Source: Bacillota bacterium (GTDB lineage: Bacteria; Bacillota; Clostridia; Lachnospirales; WQUN01). From it: a stretch of DNA of 42,631 nucleotides. The notes beneath the pieces were generated by a model. The model was not told where the DNA came from, ran no database searches, and saw only the letters and a program-made list of their open reading frames with translations. The position numbers were made by a program, and so were the translations under genes. This document shows, piece after piece, positions 6,600 to 13,553 of the stretch (positions are counted from its first letter, which is position 1; each line of letters begins with the position of its first letter). Where the stretch lies: assembly GCA_009782085.1 (NCBI GenBank), contig WQUN01000203.1:1-42631 (forward strand). Direction: 5' to 3'.

Positions 6600-8402
6600 C
6601 TAATCCTCCATCGCCAAAACCAGCCCCGTCGCCACGGCGTTCCTGGGCCCGCAGACGCCCCTGACGTTCCCCCTGCCGCAAGTCGTACCCATCTCCGCGA
6701 ACGCCTCCATCAGCATCGGCGGTATCTCGAAGTCCTCCGCCGAGCCGCCCGCCAGCGCGATGTAGGGCAGTTTCGCGTCCGGCGAGACCTTTTTGACCGC
6801 CCGAAGGGCGTTAGTCACAAACACCTTGCGCTTGGCCTCCCTGCGCACGCTGACGATCTTCTCCGGGGATATGTCGCCGCCGAGGGCGATCAGCTCCCCG
6901 TCCTTCAAAATCACCGTCGCGCCGTAGAATTTCGGGGCCAGCGGCTCCCTGTAGAAATATACGCCGCCGTTTTCCGCGCGGATGTGGCTGAGGCTCTCTA
7001 CCTTCGCGACGGGGTGCCTCTTGATCAGCTCCGCCAGGGATCTCTCCCGCAGGCCGAGCTCCGTCTGTATAAGCATTGTCACCATATCGCCGGCCCCGGC
7101 CAGGTGCGCGTAGCGTATCCGGCCGTCCCGCTCCAGCACCGCCGCGTCCGTGGAGCCCGCGCCGAGGTCGAGCACGGCCAGCGGCAAAAACACGCCCGGC
7201 GTAGTCAAAGCCCCCAGGACTGCCGCCGCCGCCTCGGCGCCCCCGACCCTTGCCCGGGCGCCCGTCTTTCGCCCGAGCTCCTCCGCGATCCGTTCCATCG
7301 GCAGGCCGGACGAGCGCACCATGCACGCCGCGCCGAGCGCCCTTTCCAGGCGCGTCTCCCCGGCGAGGCCGCCGGACACCGCCGCCGGCGTCACCGTGTC
7401 CACGGCCAGAATGTCGGTTATGCGCGGCGTTTCTCCGGACACGGCGGCCATTCCGGACTTGACGGCGTCGATCATGCGGCCGATGTTCGTCCCGCTTTCG
7501 CCGGTCACGTCGTGTATTTCCCCGGCGCTCTCCAGCGCGGCCATTATGGCCGCCGCGCCGGAATCCACGTCCGTTTCAAGGCTTCTGTCGCCGTAAACGG
7601 TCATTTTACCGGCGGGAAGCGTGTTTTCGGCCACGTTCCGCCCCGGGGACTTTATCACCGCGCCGGAACGTTTGCCCACGAAGCTCTTGGCCACGGCGGA
7701 GACCCGCCGTGTCTCGTCCGGGCCGAGGCCCAGAAGCGCCGCGATGCCGTATGGGTCGCACAGCGCCCGCAAGGTCATGGCGGGCGGGGCGACCTCTATC
7801 GCCGCGAGGACGCCCAGAGGCACCGCTCCGATGCGCCTGACCTCGTCTATAATGCAGATTTTCCTGTCCAGCCTGTTGTATACGAGCACGGCCTCGTCTT
7901 TTTCCAAAATCAGCCCCGTCACATTCGCGCGCGATTCGTTTATCAGCCTCGCCGCGCGCTCGTAGCCGAAATCCGCGTCGGCGACGGCGATGACGCCGCC
8001 GTATTCCGCCGCGGCGTCCGAATCCAACCGGTCGATCCGTACCAGGACCCCGGTCGCCACGCCCATCCCGGCGGGGGTGCGCGGGTCGTGGCCGATCATG
8101 GCCGAGTCCGTGACGACCGTCTCCGTGACCGTCTCCATCGCGGTCCCGCCCAGGATCGGCGCGGCCTCGTTCAGCAAAATCCTGTCTATTTTCGCCTTGG
8201 GCATTTGCGCCCGCTCCAAAACCATTTCCAGCGCGGTCATGATACCCGCGACATTTTCGGGCGTGCCCTTCAGGCCCGTCGTGGGCGTTATGGACGAGGC
8301 CAGAAACCGCTTGCCCCCGTCCGGCTCCACGCGGGCCAGCGCGGCCTCCGTCGTGGAGTTGCCTATGTCCACGCCGGCGACAAGCAAGCCGTTCCCGCTC
8401 AC
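6600..8402 (-). CDS. pduG: Diol/glycerol dehydratase reactivase large (alpha) subunit
   Basis: ORF 6600..8459, with the start set to GTG 8402, which overlaps the pduE stop as GTGA. The N-terminus is (M)SGNGLLVAGVDIGNSTTEAALA (actin/Hsp70-like ATPase fold of DdrA/PduG), and the length is about 600 aa. Confidence 0.92.
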   Translation of the reverse strand: MSGNGLLVAGVDIGNSTTEAALARVEPDGGKRFLASSITPTTGLKGTPENVAGIMTALEMVLERAQMPKAKIDRILLNEAAPILGGTAMETVTETVVTDSAMIGHDPRTPAGMGVATGVLVRIDRLDSDAAAEYGGVIAVADADFGYERAARLINESRANVTGLILEKDEAVLVYNRLDRKICIIDEVRRIGAVPLGVLAAIEVAPPAMTLRALCDPYGIAALLGLGPDETRRVSAVAKSFVGKRSGAVIKSPGRNVAENTLPAGKMTVYGDRSLETDVDSGAAAIMAALESAGEIHDVTGESGTNIGRMIDAVKSGMAAVSGETPRITDILAVDTVTPAAVSGGLAGETRLERALGAACMVRSSGLPMERIAEELGRKTGARARVGGAEAAAAVLGALTTPGVFLPLAVLDLGAGSTDAAVLERDGRIRYAHLAGAGDMVTMLIQTELGLRERSLAELIKRHPVAKVESLSHIRAENGGVYFYREPLAPKFYGATVILKDGELIALGGDISPEKIVSVRREAKRKVFVTNALRAVKKVSPDAKLPYIALAGGSAEDFEIPPMLMEAFAEMGTTCGRGNVRGVCGPRNAVATGLVLAMED

Positions 8403-8785
8403 AGGAGGATCCCCCGCTTTTCGTAGATCGCCAACGCGTCCCGCACGAGGGCCGCGCACCTGGGCGCGCCGTAGAGCCCGCCGAGGTCGTCGGCGATCTT
8501 TTCGAGCTCGGCCTTAGTGGCCCTGTTCGGACGCAGTTTATTGTAAATTTCAAGCAAAGTGTTATCCGGGATTTTCGTCATTTCCGCCGCGCGGAGCAGG
8601 TTCTCGGCCATCTGCGGCCGGCCGGCCGACGCGGAAACGCCGCTCTGCCGCTCCAGGGTCCCGGCGGAGATCTTTATGTCGTCCGGCGCGATTTTGCCCG
8701 CCAGGACCGCCTCGAGGGTTATGTCCTCCAGCGGTACGCCCGTGCCGGAGAGGATGCGGTTGTCGGTATTGCTGTGGCCGTCCAT
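8399..8785 (-). CDS. pduE: B12-dependent diol dehydratase small (gamma) subunit
   Basis: ORF 8399..8980 is trimmed to ATG 8785, which has GGAGG 7 nt upstream. MDGHSNTDNRILSGTGVPLEDITLEAVLAGKI..DDIKIS..TLERQ...RPQMAENL..AAEMT matches the PduE/PddC core. The upstream part of the ORF is translated repeat DNA. Confidence 0.88.
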   Translation of the reverse strand: MDGHSNTDNRILSGTGVPLEDITLEAVLAGKIAPDDIKISAGTLERQSGVSASAGRPQMAENLLRAAEMTKIPDNTLLEIYNKLRPNRATKAELEKIADDLGGLYGAPRCAALVRDALAIYEKRGILL

Positions 8786-8827
8786 GGTTCGCGCCTCCAA
8801 TATGCTAAACGGAGATTTGGCGGTGAC

Positions 8828-8930
8828 GGGCGGGATGACCCCGGGGCGGGATGACCCCGGACGGAATAACCCCGGGCGGGAAGACCCCGCCCCTACAACC
8901 GGGTTCCGTAGGGGCGGCATCCTGCCGCCC
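8828..8930. repeat. Four tandem 15-16-bp GC-rich mini-hairpin units followed by a GTAGGG-flanked hairpin (family C)
   Basis: GGGCGGGATGACCCCG occurs twice perfectly (8828-8843, 8844-8859). Degenerate units follow at 8860-8874 and 8875-8889. Then come CCCTACAA and CCGTAGGGGCGGCATCCTGCCGCCC (stem GGGCGGCA/TGCCGCCC). Confidence 0.85.
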
Positions 8931-8954
8931 GTCCGGCGTCTTGCCGCCCGCTTA

Positions 8955-9263
8955 TTAACGAACCGCATTATCAAATTCATTCATCTCTATATTTACAAAA
9001 CCTTCTATCATTTCACGGTATAACTTTTCCACCATATCAGGACTTGCGCCATATTCTTCCGAAAGTCTCCGTACTTTCTGTATAACCGCCTCAACTCTAT
9101 TAGGCGCTTTAACGTCTTGACTGTCTTTTTTATACTTTGATGCTTGTTTCACATAGACGCCGCGTTCAGCAATAAGTTTGATAATTTCATTATCAATCCT
9201 ATCAATGTTATTGCGAACTTCATCTAATGTTTTGCAATCCAAAATATTCACCCTTTCACGCAA
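8955..9263 (-). CDS. AroQ-type (class II) chorismate mutase domain protein
   Basis: LDEVRNNIDRIDNEIIKLIAERGVYVKQASKYK....APNRVEAVIQKVRRLSEEYGASPDMVEKLYREMI is the typical helical CM_2 pattern (R..ID.ID.E...L...R). The start is uncertain: TTG 9263, GTG 9251, or TTG 9242 (the last has AAAGGGTG 6 nt upstream). The gene is visibly AT-rich relative to its neighbours. Confidence 0.8.
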   Translation of the reverse strand: MRERVNILDCKTLDEVRNNIDRIDNEIIKLIAERGVYVKQASKYKKDSQDVKAPNRVEAVIQKVRRLSEEYGASPDMVEKLYREMIEGFVNIEMNEFDNAVR

Positions 9264-9346
9264 AATATAAATAATCCGTATAACGGGACGTTAAAGAACC
9301 CCGACCCTGCGGTCGCCACAAACCCGCCCCTACAAATCACACGTTT

Positions 9347-9414
9347 ATATCGGAGTGCGAAAACATTAGCCTCCTCTGTCGACGTCGTCGGCAAATGTTT
9401 TCCGCATCCGGTAT
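9347..9414. repeat. Family B inverted-repeat element, copy 2 (68 bp)
   Basis: Reads ATATCGGAGTGCGAAAACATTAGCCTCCTCTGTCGACGTCGTCGGCAAATGTTTTCCGCATCCGGTAT. It starts 3 nt downstream of the pduD stop. Confidence 0.85.
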
Positions 9415-9416
9415 AG

Positions 9417-10148
9417 TCAAGCAAAATCCTCCGCAGGCCGCCTCGTATCCGCCAGCGCCGTCTCCCTGTTGTGCATCAGCGCCGCCTTCACCTGGTACGA
9501 CGCACGGGTCATGGGGTCGTTCAGGACCTTCATCGGCTTCACGCGCTCGCCCTTGGCGTACCTGGCGGCGTTCTGCCCGATTTGCCGGTAGTGCGCCAAG
9601 GTCATCAGCGGGGCTTGCGGGAAAAGCTCTAGGTTGGTCAGCGGGTAGAGGTCTTTCCTGTGGATCACGGCCGTGCCCTTGGACTGGAGGCCCACGCCGA
9701 CGCCGGAGCCGCTTAGTTCCGCGGCCTCCTTGCCGATGAAGGCCACGTCGGAGGTTTTGTACACCTTGACGGCGCGGGGGATCATTCCTTCCTCCTCGAC
9801 GCCAGCGGCGATCTCCCTGAGGACCTCAGCGTGGGGCAGGCCGTTCAGGGTCGCGGTCAGCTCGGCCAAAAAAGCCGGGCCGACGCCGATTATCACCTCG
9901 CGGGGGTCGGAGGAGCGGGAAAACTTGGCCGGAGTCGGTTTTGAAGAAGCGGCGGCCGGTCTTGGGGCGGGGCTTGCCGATCCTTCGGAAAAGCCCGGCA
10001 TTCCGCCGGCGTTTTGCGCTCGCTCGTTCAGGACGTCACGGAGGATTCCGGCGATTTCGGCGATGAGCTGTTCGTAGTCGTGTTTTTCGATATCCATAAG
10101 TCCGCGATAACTCCTTTTGCCCGGTTTTACAGACGGCATTTCATTCAA
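9417..10148 (-). CDS. pduD: B12-dependent diol dehydratase medium (beta) subunit with N-terminal encapsulation peptide
   Basis: The core REVIIGVGPAF...GMIPRAVKVYKTSDVAFIGKEAAELSGSGVGVGLQSKGTAVIH matches PduD/PddB. The N-terminus DIEKHDYEQLIAEIAGILRDVLNE resembles the PduD targeting helix and is followed by an Ala/Pro/Ser linker. The start is ambiguous (TTG 10148, ATG 10139 or ATG 10097). Confidence 0.9.
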   Translation of the reverse strand: MNEMPSVKPGKRSYRGLMDIEKHDYEQLIAEIAGILRDVLNERAQNAGGMPGFSEGSASPAPRPAAASSKPTPAKFSRSSDPREVIIGVGPAFLAELTATLNGLPHAEVLREIAAGVEEEGMIPRAVKVYKTSDVAFIGKEAAELSGSGVGVGLQSKGTAVIHRKDLYPLTNLELFPQAPLMTLAHYRQIGQNAARYAKGERVKPMKVLNDPMTRASYQVKAALMHNRETALADTRRPAEDFA

Positions 10149-11803
10149 TCCGTCTCAATCAAATTCGGTATCTCCTGTATCTCCTTCCACCTCTCCCCGC
10201 CGACCCGATACCCCGTCCCCGGCCCCTGATAGTCGTTCGGGTCATTGACGCCGCTTATCACGTTGAAATTTTCGTCGAGAATGGCCGAGGTCTGCAAATA
10301 GTCGCCGGTGATCCGCTGTTTCAGCATTTGCAGGACGCTGTCCGCAATGTCTTGGAAGCCGCTCTCCGCGAGCGCCTTCACCACGTCCAGGCCCGTGACC
10401 CCCCTGGCCATCATCTGATCCGCGCCGAGCACGTCCGCCAGCGCGTCGCGCTCCGGCGTGTCGTCGCTGCCGTGGGCGTATGTGGCTGCTTCAACCTGTT
10501 CGTCCGTGATCTCGGCCAAACCCAGACGCCTGAAAACTGCCTGAACGGCCCCGGCGGCCTTTTGCCTGACCCGGACGGCCTCCTCCTCTTTGACGGGCCT
10601 AAGCCCGCCGTCCACCATCATGTCCCGCTGCAATACGTTATAATCGTCGAAGTCCTCCGCGTCGAAGTTCGACCCGGCGAACATGTTGTCGTAGTTGGGC
10701 TCCGCCGCGTAGCCGGAGAAGATGAAATCCGTGCCCGGCAGAAACTGGAGCATAGTCCGGGCCGTGCGCCGCATGTCGGAGTGGGTGAAGCTCTGGTCGT
10801 TCGACGAGGCGCACTCCAGGTCCAGGCAGGCGGCGGCCAGGTTTTCCGCCAAAATCTCGCGTATGCCCGACGGAACCGCCGCCGGTATGCCCACGCAGCT
10901 CACCGAGCCGTTCTGCACGCCCTGCGTGCCCGCGCCCTTCGTCACCATCAGGCAGCGAATCTCCAGGTAGAGCATCGACTTCTGCTCCGCGCAGCCCATA
11001 AGCACCTCCGAGCCGGAGCCGGACGTGAACCGCGTCTTCAGGCCGCGCGAGGCGTAGGCGGAGGTCAGGAACGCCTTGGAATAGGGCGTGTCGTCCCCGT
11101 CCACGAACACGCGCTCGGTGCCGTAGACGCTGATGGTCTCGGCGTAGGTCGTGAACCCGCGTATGCCAAGCGCCAGCTCCGTGGCCTCCTCGACGGCGCA
11201 CTGCGTCAGGACGCCGGGCCTGCCCGTCTGGGAGCCGATCAGAAGCGCGACCGCGTTCAGCGGCGCGTACCGTGCGACGCCGACGGTGGTCTCCTCCTCC
11301 CGGAAGCCGCGCAGCGCCCCTTCCGCGGCGTCCGCGGCGATCTGGGCCGGGTCGTCCTTGCGGTTGGTGATGTGCGCCTGGGTGGACGGAGTCCGGCGGA
11401 CGCGCATCTTCTGCATGGCCATCATCATCTCGACGACGTTCAAATAATCCAGCACCCGCGCCAGCTTGGCCGGGGTGCAGCCGCTGACCATGCGCACGAC
11501 GTCGGCGCGGGGGACGTTTATGTCCGCCATCATCCGCGCGATCCCAAGCTCCGGCGCGGACATGGATTCCCCCGCCTGTTCCTGGCGTATGGCGTAGTCG
11601 GCGACGAACGCGTCGATAAAGTCGAAGTCTTCGCGGCGCTTGCCGTCCATTTCGACGATTTTGCCGTTTTCTATCGTCAGCGACGGCGCGGGGTCGTAGG
11701 GGCTCCGCATGGCGCAGAAGCCCAGCTCCGGCCATTCCCGGATGAAGCCGTCCTTGTTGACGGGGCGGTTGCGGAGGATTTCGAAGCGTTTGGATCCGGG
11801 CAT
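10145..11803 (-). CDS. pduC: B12-dependent diol dehydratase large (alpha) subunit
   Basis: The 552-aa ORF has the N-terminus MPGSKRFEILRNRPVNKDGFIREWPELGFCAMRSPYDPAPSLTIENGKIVEMDGK, collinear with the PduC/PddA N-terminus (MRSKRFEALAKRPVNQDGFVKEW...). The length is typical. Confidence 0.95.
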   Translation of the reverse strand: MPGSKRFEILRNRPVNKDGFIREWPELGFCAMRSPYDPAPSLTIENGKIVEMDGKRREDFDFIDAFVADYAIRQEQAGESMSAPELGIARMMADINVPRADVVRMVSGCTPAKLARVLDYLNVVEMMMAMQKMRVRRTPSTQAHITNRKDDPAQIAADAAEGALRGFREEETTVGVARYAPLNAVALLIGSQTGRPGVLTQCAVEEATELALGIRGFTTYAETISVYGTERVFVDGDDTPYSKAFLTSAYASRGLKTRFTSGSGSEVLMGCAEQKSMLYLEIRCLMVTKGAGTQGVQNGSVSCVGIPAAVPSGIREILAENLAAACLDLECASSNDQSFTHSDMRRTARTMLQFLPGTDFIFSGYAAEPNYDNMFAGSNFDAEDFDDYNVLQRDMMVDGGLRPVKEEEAVRVRQKAAGAVQAVFRRLGLAEITDEQVEAATYAHGSDDTPERDALADVLGADQMMARGVTGLDVVKALAESGFQDIADSVLQMLKQRITGDYLQTSAILDENFNVISGVNDPNDYQGPGTGYRVGGERWKEIQEIPNLIETD

Positions 11804-11825
11804 ATGTTCACCCCGTTTATCAAGG

Positions 11826-11954
11826 CTAAGGGCGGTCGGGCATGGAAGCCTGACCCTGCCAATACTAAGGGCGGTGGGGCATGGAAGCCCGACCCTGCCA
11901 ATACTAAGGCATATCGGCGTTGTAACGATCGGACATGGCTTCCATGCCCGACCG
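11826..11954. repeat. Family D: two perfect-period 39-bp direct repeats plus an inverted partial copy
   Basis: The unit CTAAGGGCGGT(C/G)GGGCATGGAAGCC(T/C)GACCCTGCCAATA occurs at 11826-11864 and 11865-11903. An inverted partner, GATCGGACATGGCTTCCATGCCCGACCG, lies at 11927-11954, inside the 3' end of the phosphatase ORF. Confidence 0.85.
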
Positions 11955-12554
11955 TCGATCCGCTATTTCCAAAGAAGTGGGCTGAACAAGCTCATCGGCG
12001 GATTTATTGCAGAATACTATGCTCAACAAATCGTCTCTGTACTCCAGCATATTGACGCACGCGTTTTTCAGGCGCGTTTTTCCCGTCCCGATCTCATGAT
12101 TCGACAATTCGGCGAGGACGGAATTTATGGCGCTCCCGTGGGACACCGCAATGATGTCCTCCGACGGGAATTTGCCGGCGCTCCTTATCAAGGCGCTCAA
12201 AACTCTGTCCCTGAGGGAGGCCCAATCCTCTATGCCGTCATACCGGCCGTCCGGGAACCGGGCGGCGCGTTCTTCCGCCGTGAGGCCGGAGGCCTTGCCG
12301 TAGTCCCGTTCGAGCAAACCGGGATCCTCGTATATTTCCGAAACGCGCAGGACGCCGGCCAAAACATCGGCGGTTTGCCGCGCCCTTTTAAGGGGGCTGG
12401 TGAAAATTGCCCGCCACTTCCTGTTCGTCAGCGCCAGAGCGCACCGCTCCGCCTGCGCGATCCCGTTCAGGTTGAGCGGGATATCCTCCCTGCCCTGTAA
12501 ACGCCTGGTTACGTTCCAATCAGTCTCGCCATGCCGTATAACGCATATGTTCAG
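11904..12554 (-). CDS. Histidine phosphatase (phosphoglycerate mutase/CobC-like) family protein; no canonical start upstream of the catalytic RHG motif (possible 5' frameshift or non-canonical start)
   Basis: The ORF track begins at TTG 12362. The same frame stays open up to 12560 and encodes NDLNICVIRHGETDWNVTRRLQGREDIPLNLNGIAQAE...FTSPLKRARQTA, the RHGxT..N signature. Only CTG 12554 or ATA 12548 are in frame upstream of RHG. An ATG at 12559 overlaps the aldolase stop (ATGA) but is out of frame. Confidence 0.7.
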   Translation of the reverse strand: MNICVIRHGETDWNVTRRLQGREDIPLNLNGIAQAERCALALTNRKWRAIFTSPLKRARQTADVLAGVLRVSEIYEDPGLLERDYGKASGLTAEERAARFPDGRYDGIEDWASLRDRVLSALIRSAGKFPSEDIIAVSHGSAINSVLAELSNHEIGTGKTRLKNACVNMLEYRDDLLSIVFCNKSADELVQPTSLEIADRRSGMEAMSDRYNADMP

Positions 12555-12555
12555 A

Positions 12556-13371
12556 TCATTTCAGCGCCGCCAGCACCCGCTTCGTGACCTCCGCCACGAC
12601 GGTGTTCACCTCGTCCTGGCCGCATGAGGCCTGTCCCGCGCCGGAGTCCCCTGCGCTTTCGAGCCCGTGGCAGCCGCCGCAGTCGCAGCCGGCGCCGACG
12701 CAGACGTCGGAGGGATGCTTGCCGGGCAGGCCGAATTTTTTGCGCAGCTCGTAGAGGGCTTTGACCTGCCTCTCGCTCAGTTCCTTCGGCCCGCCGAGCT
12801 GCCTCGCGGTAAACAGGAGCTGGGCGTAGAACTCCAGGGATTCCATCTTGAAATAGGCCTGGGTGAGGTCGACGGAATAGGACAGCGCGCCGTGGTTCTC
12901 GAGCAATACGGCGTCGAAGTGCTGGAGGTATTTCGCGACGGCGTTGGGTATCTCGTCCGTGGAGGGGGTGCCGTACTCCGCGATCGGCACGCAGCCCAAA
13001 GAGATGACCGCCTCCGGCATGATCGGCTGGGTCAGCGGGATGCCGGCGATGGCGAAGCTCGTGGCGCAGGGCGGGTGCGCGTGGACGACGGCGTTCACGT
13101 CGCTCCGCTCCCTGTAGACGCGCATATGCATCTTTATTTCCGAGGAGGGCTTGAGGCCCTGGGCGGCCTGGAGGACTTTGCCGTCCTTGTCCGTCTTGCA
13201 GATCATGTCCGGCGTCATGAAGCCCTTGCTGACGCCCGTGGGCGTGCAGAGGAACTCGCCGTTGCCCATGCGCACGGAGATGTTCCCGTCGTTCGCGGCG
13301 ACGAAGCCCTTGTTGTAGATCCTCTTCCCGATCTCGCATATCTGCTTTTTTGTTTCGAATTCGGAAAACAT
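12556..13371 (-). CDS. Class II aldolase (L-fuculose-/L-rhamnulose-1-phosphate aldolase family) with C-terminal Cys-rich linker and encapsulation-peptide-like helix
   Basis: GFVAANDGNISVRMGNGEFLCTPTGVSKG...KPSSEIKMHMRVYRERSDVNAVVHAHPPCATSFA is the class II aldolase/adducin pattern with its His ligands. The extra tail reads DVCVGAGCDCGGCHGLESAGDSGAGQASCGQDEVNTVVAEVTKRVLAALK. It is the first gene of the operon, with GGGGG 7 nt before the ATG. Confidence 0.9.
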   Translation of the reverse strand: MFSEFETKKQICEIGKRIYNKGFVAANDGNISVRMGNGEFLCTPTGVSKGFMTPDMICKTDKDGKVLQAAQGLKPSSEIKMHMRVYRERSDVNAVVHAHPPCATSFAIAGIPLTQPIMPEAVISLGCVPIAEYGTPSTDEIPNAVAKYLQHFDAVLLENHGALSYSVDLTQAYFKMESLEFYAQLLFTARQLGGPKELSERQVKALYELRKKFGLPGKHPSDVCVGAGCDCGGCHGLESAGDSGAGQASCGQDEVNTVVAEVTKRVLAALK

Positions 13372-13497
13372 GAAATGCCCCCTTTATGTTGTTTTGGATA
13401 TTGGTATCGGGTCAATTTATGTGGTATTGTGTTGCTTTGGACTAGTCTAGCATAACGAAAAGGGAAATGCAAGGGGGTATCAATAAAAATTTTTCGA

Positions 13498-13526
13498 TTT
13501 ATTTCCCCGGTTTTCTGTTGTATAAT
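13498..13526 (+). promoter_or_regulatory. Candidate promoter of the PHP gene
   Basis: A perfect TATAAT at 13521-13526 lies 27 nt before ATG 13554, with an AAGGGAG RBS between. The -35 region is poor (TTTATT). Confidence 0.35.
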
Positions 13527-13553
13527 ACTCCACCAAGGGAGTGAAGCCAAACG

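Noticed and set aside
6421-6681. N-terminal extension of the HAD ORF. Analogous extensions occur at 8786-8980 for pduE, 14859-15008 for pcrA, 17006-17188 for purH, 19614-19790 for the DUF218 gene and 27351-27584 for sepF
   Set aside because: The extensions read through intergenic repeats or the riboswitch and give junk-like peptides. Each has an internal start with a good Shine-Dalgarno sequence at the position where family similarity begins.
13372-13553. Looked for an adenosylcobalamin riboswitch or a regulator-binding leader upstream of the BMC operon
   Set aside because: Only about 85-180 nt are available, with no B12-box-like sequence that I could recognise. There is only a weak TTGACC-type -35 and a small ACTAGT-centred palindrome, so there is not enough to call a feature.
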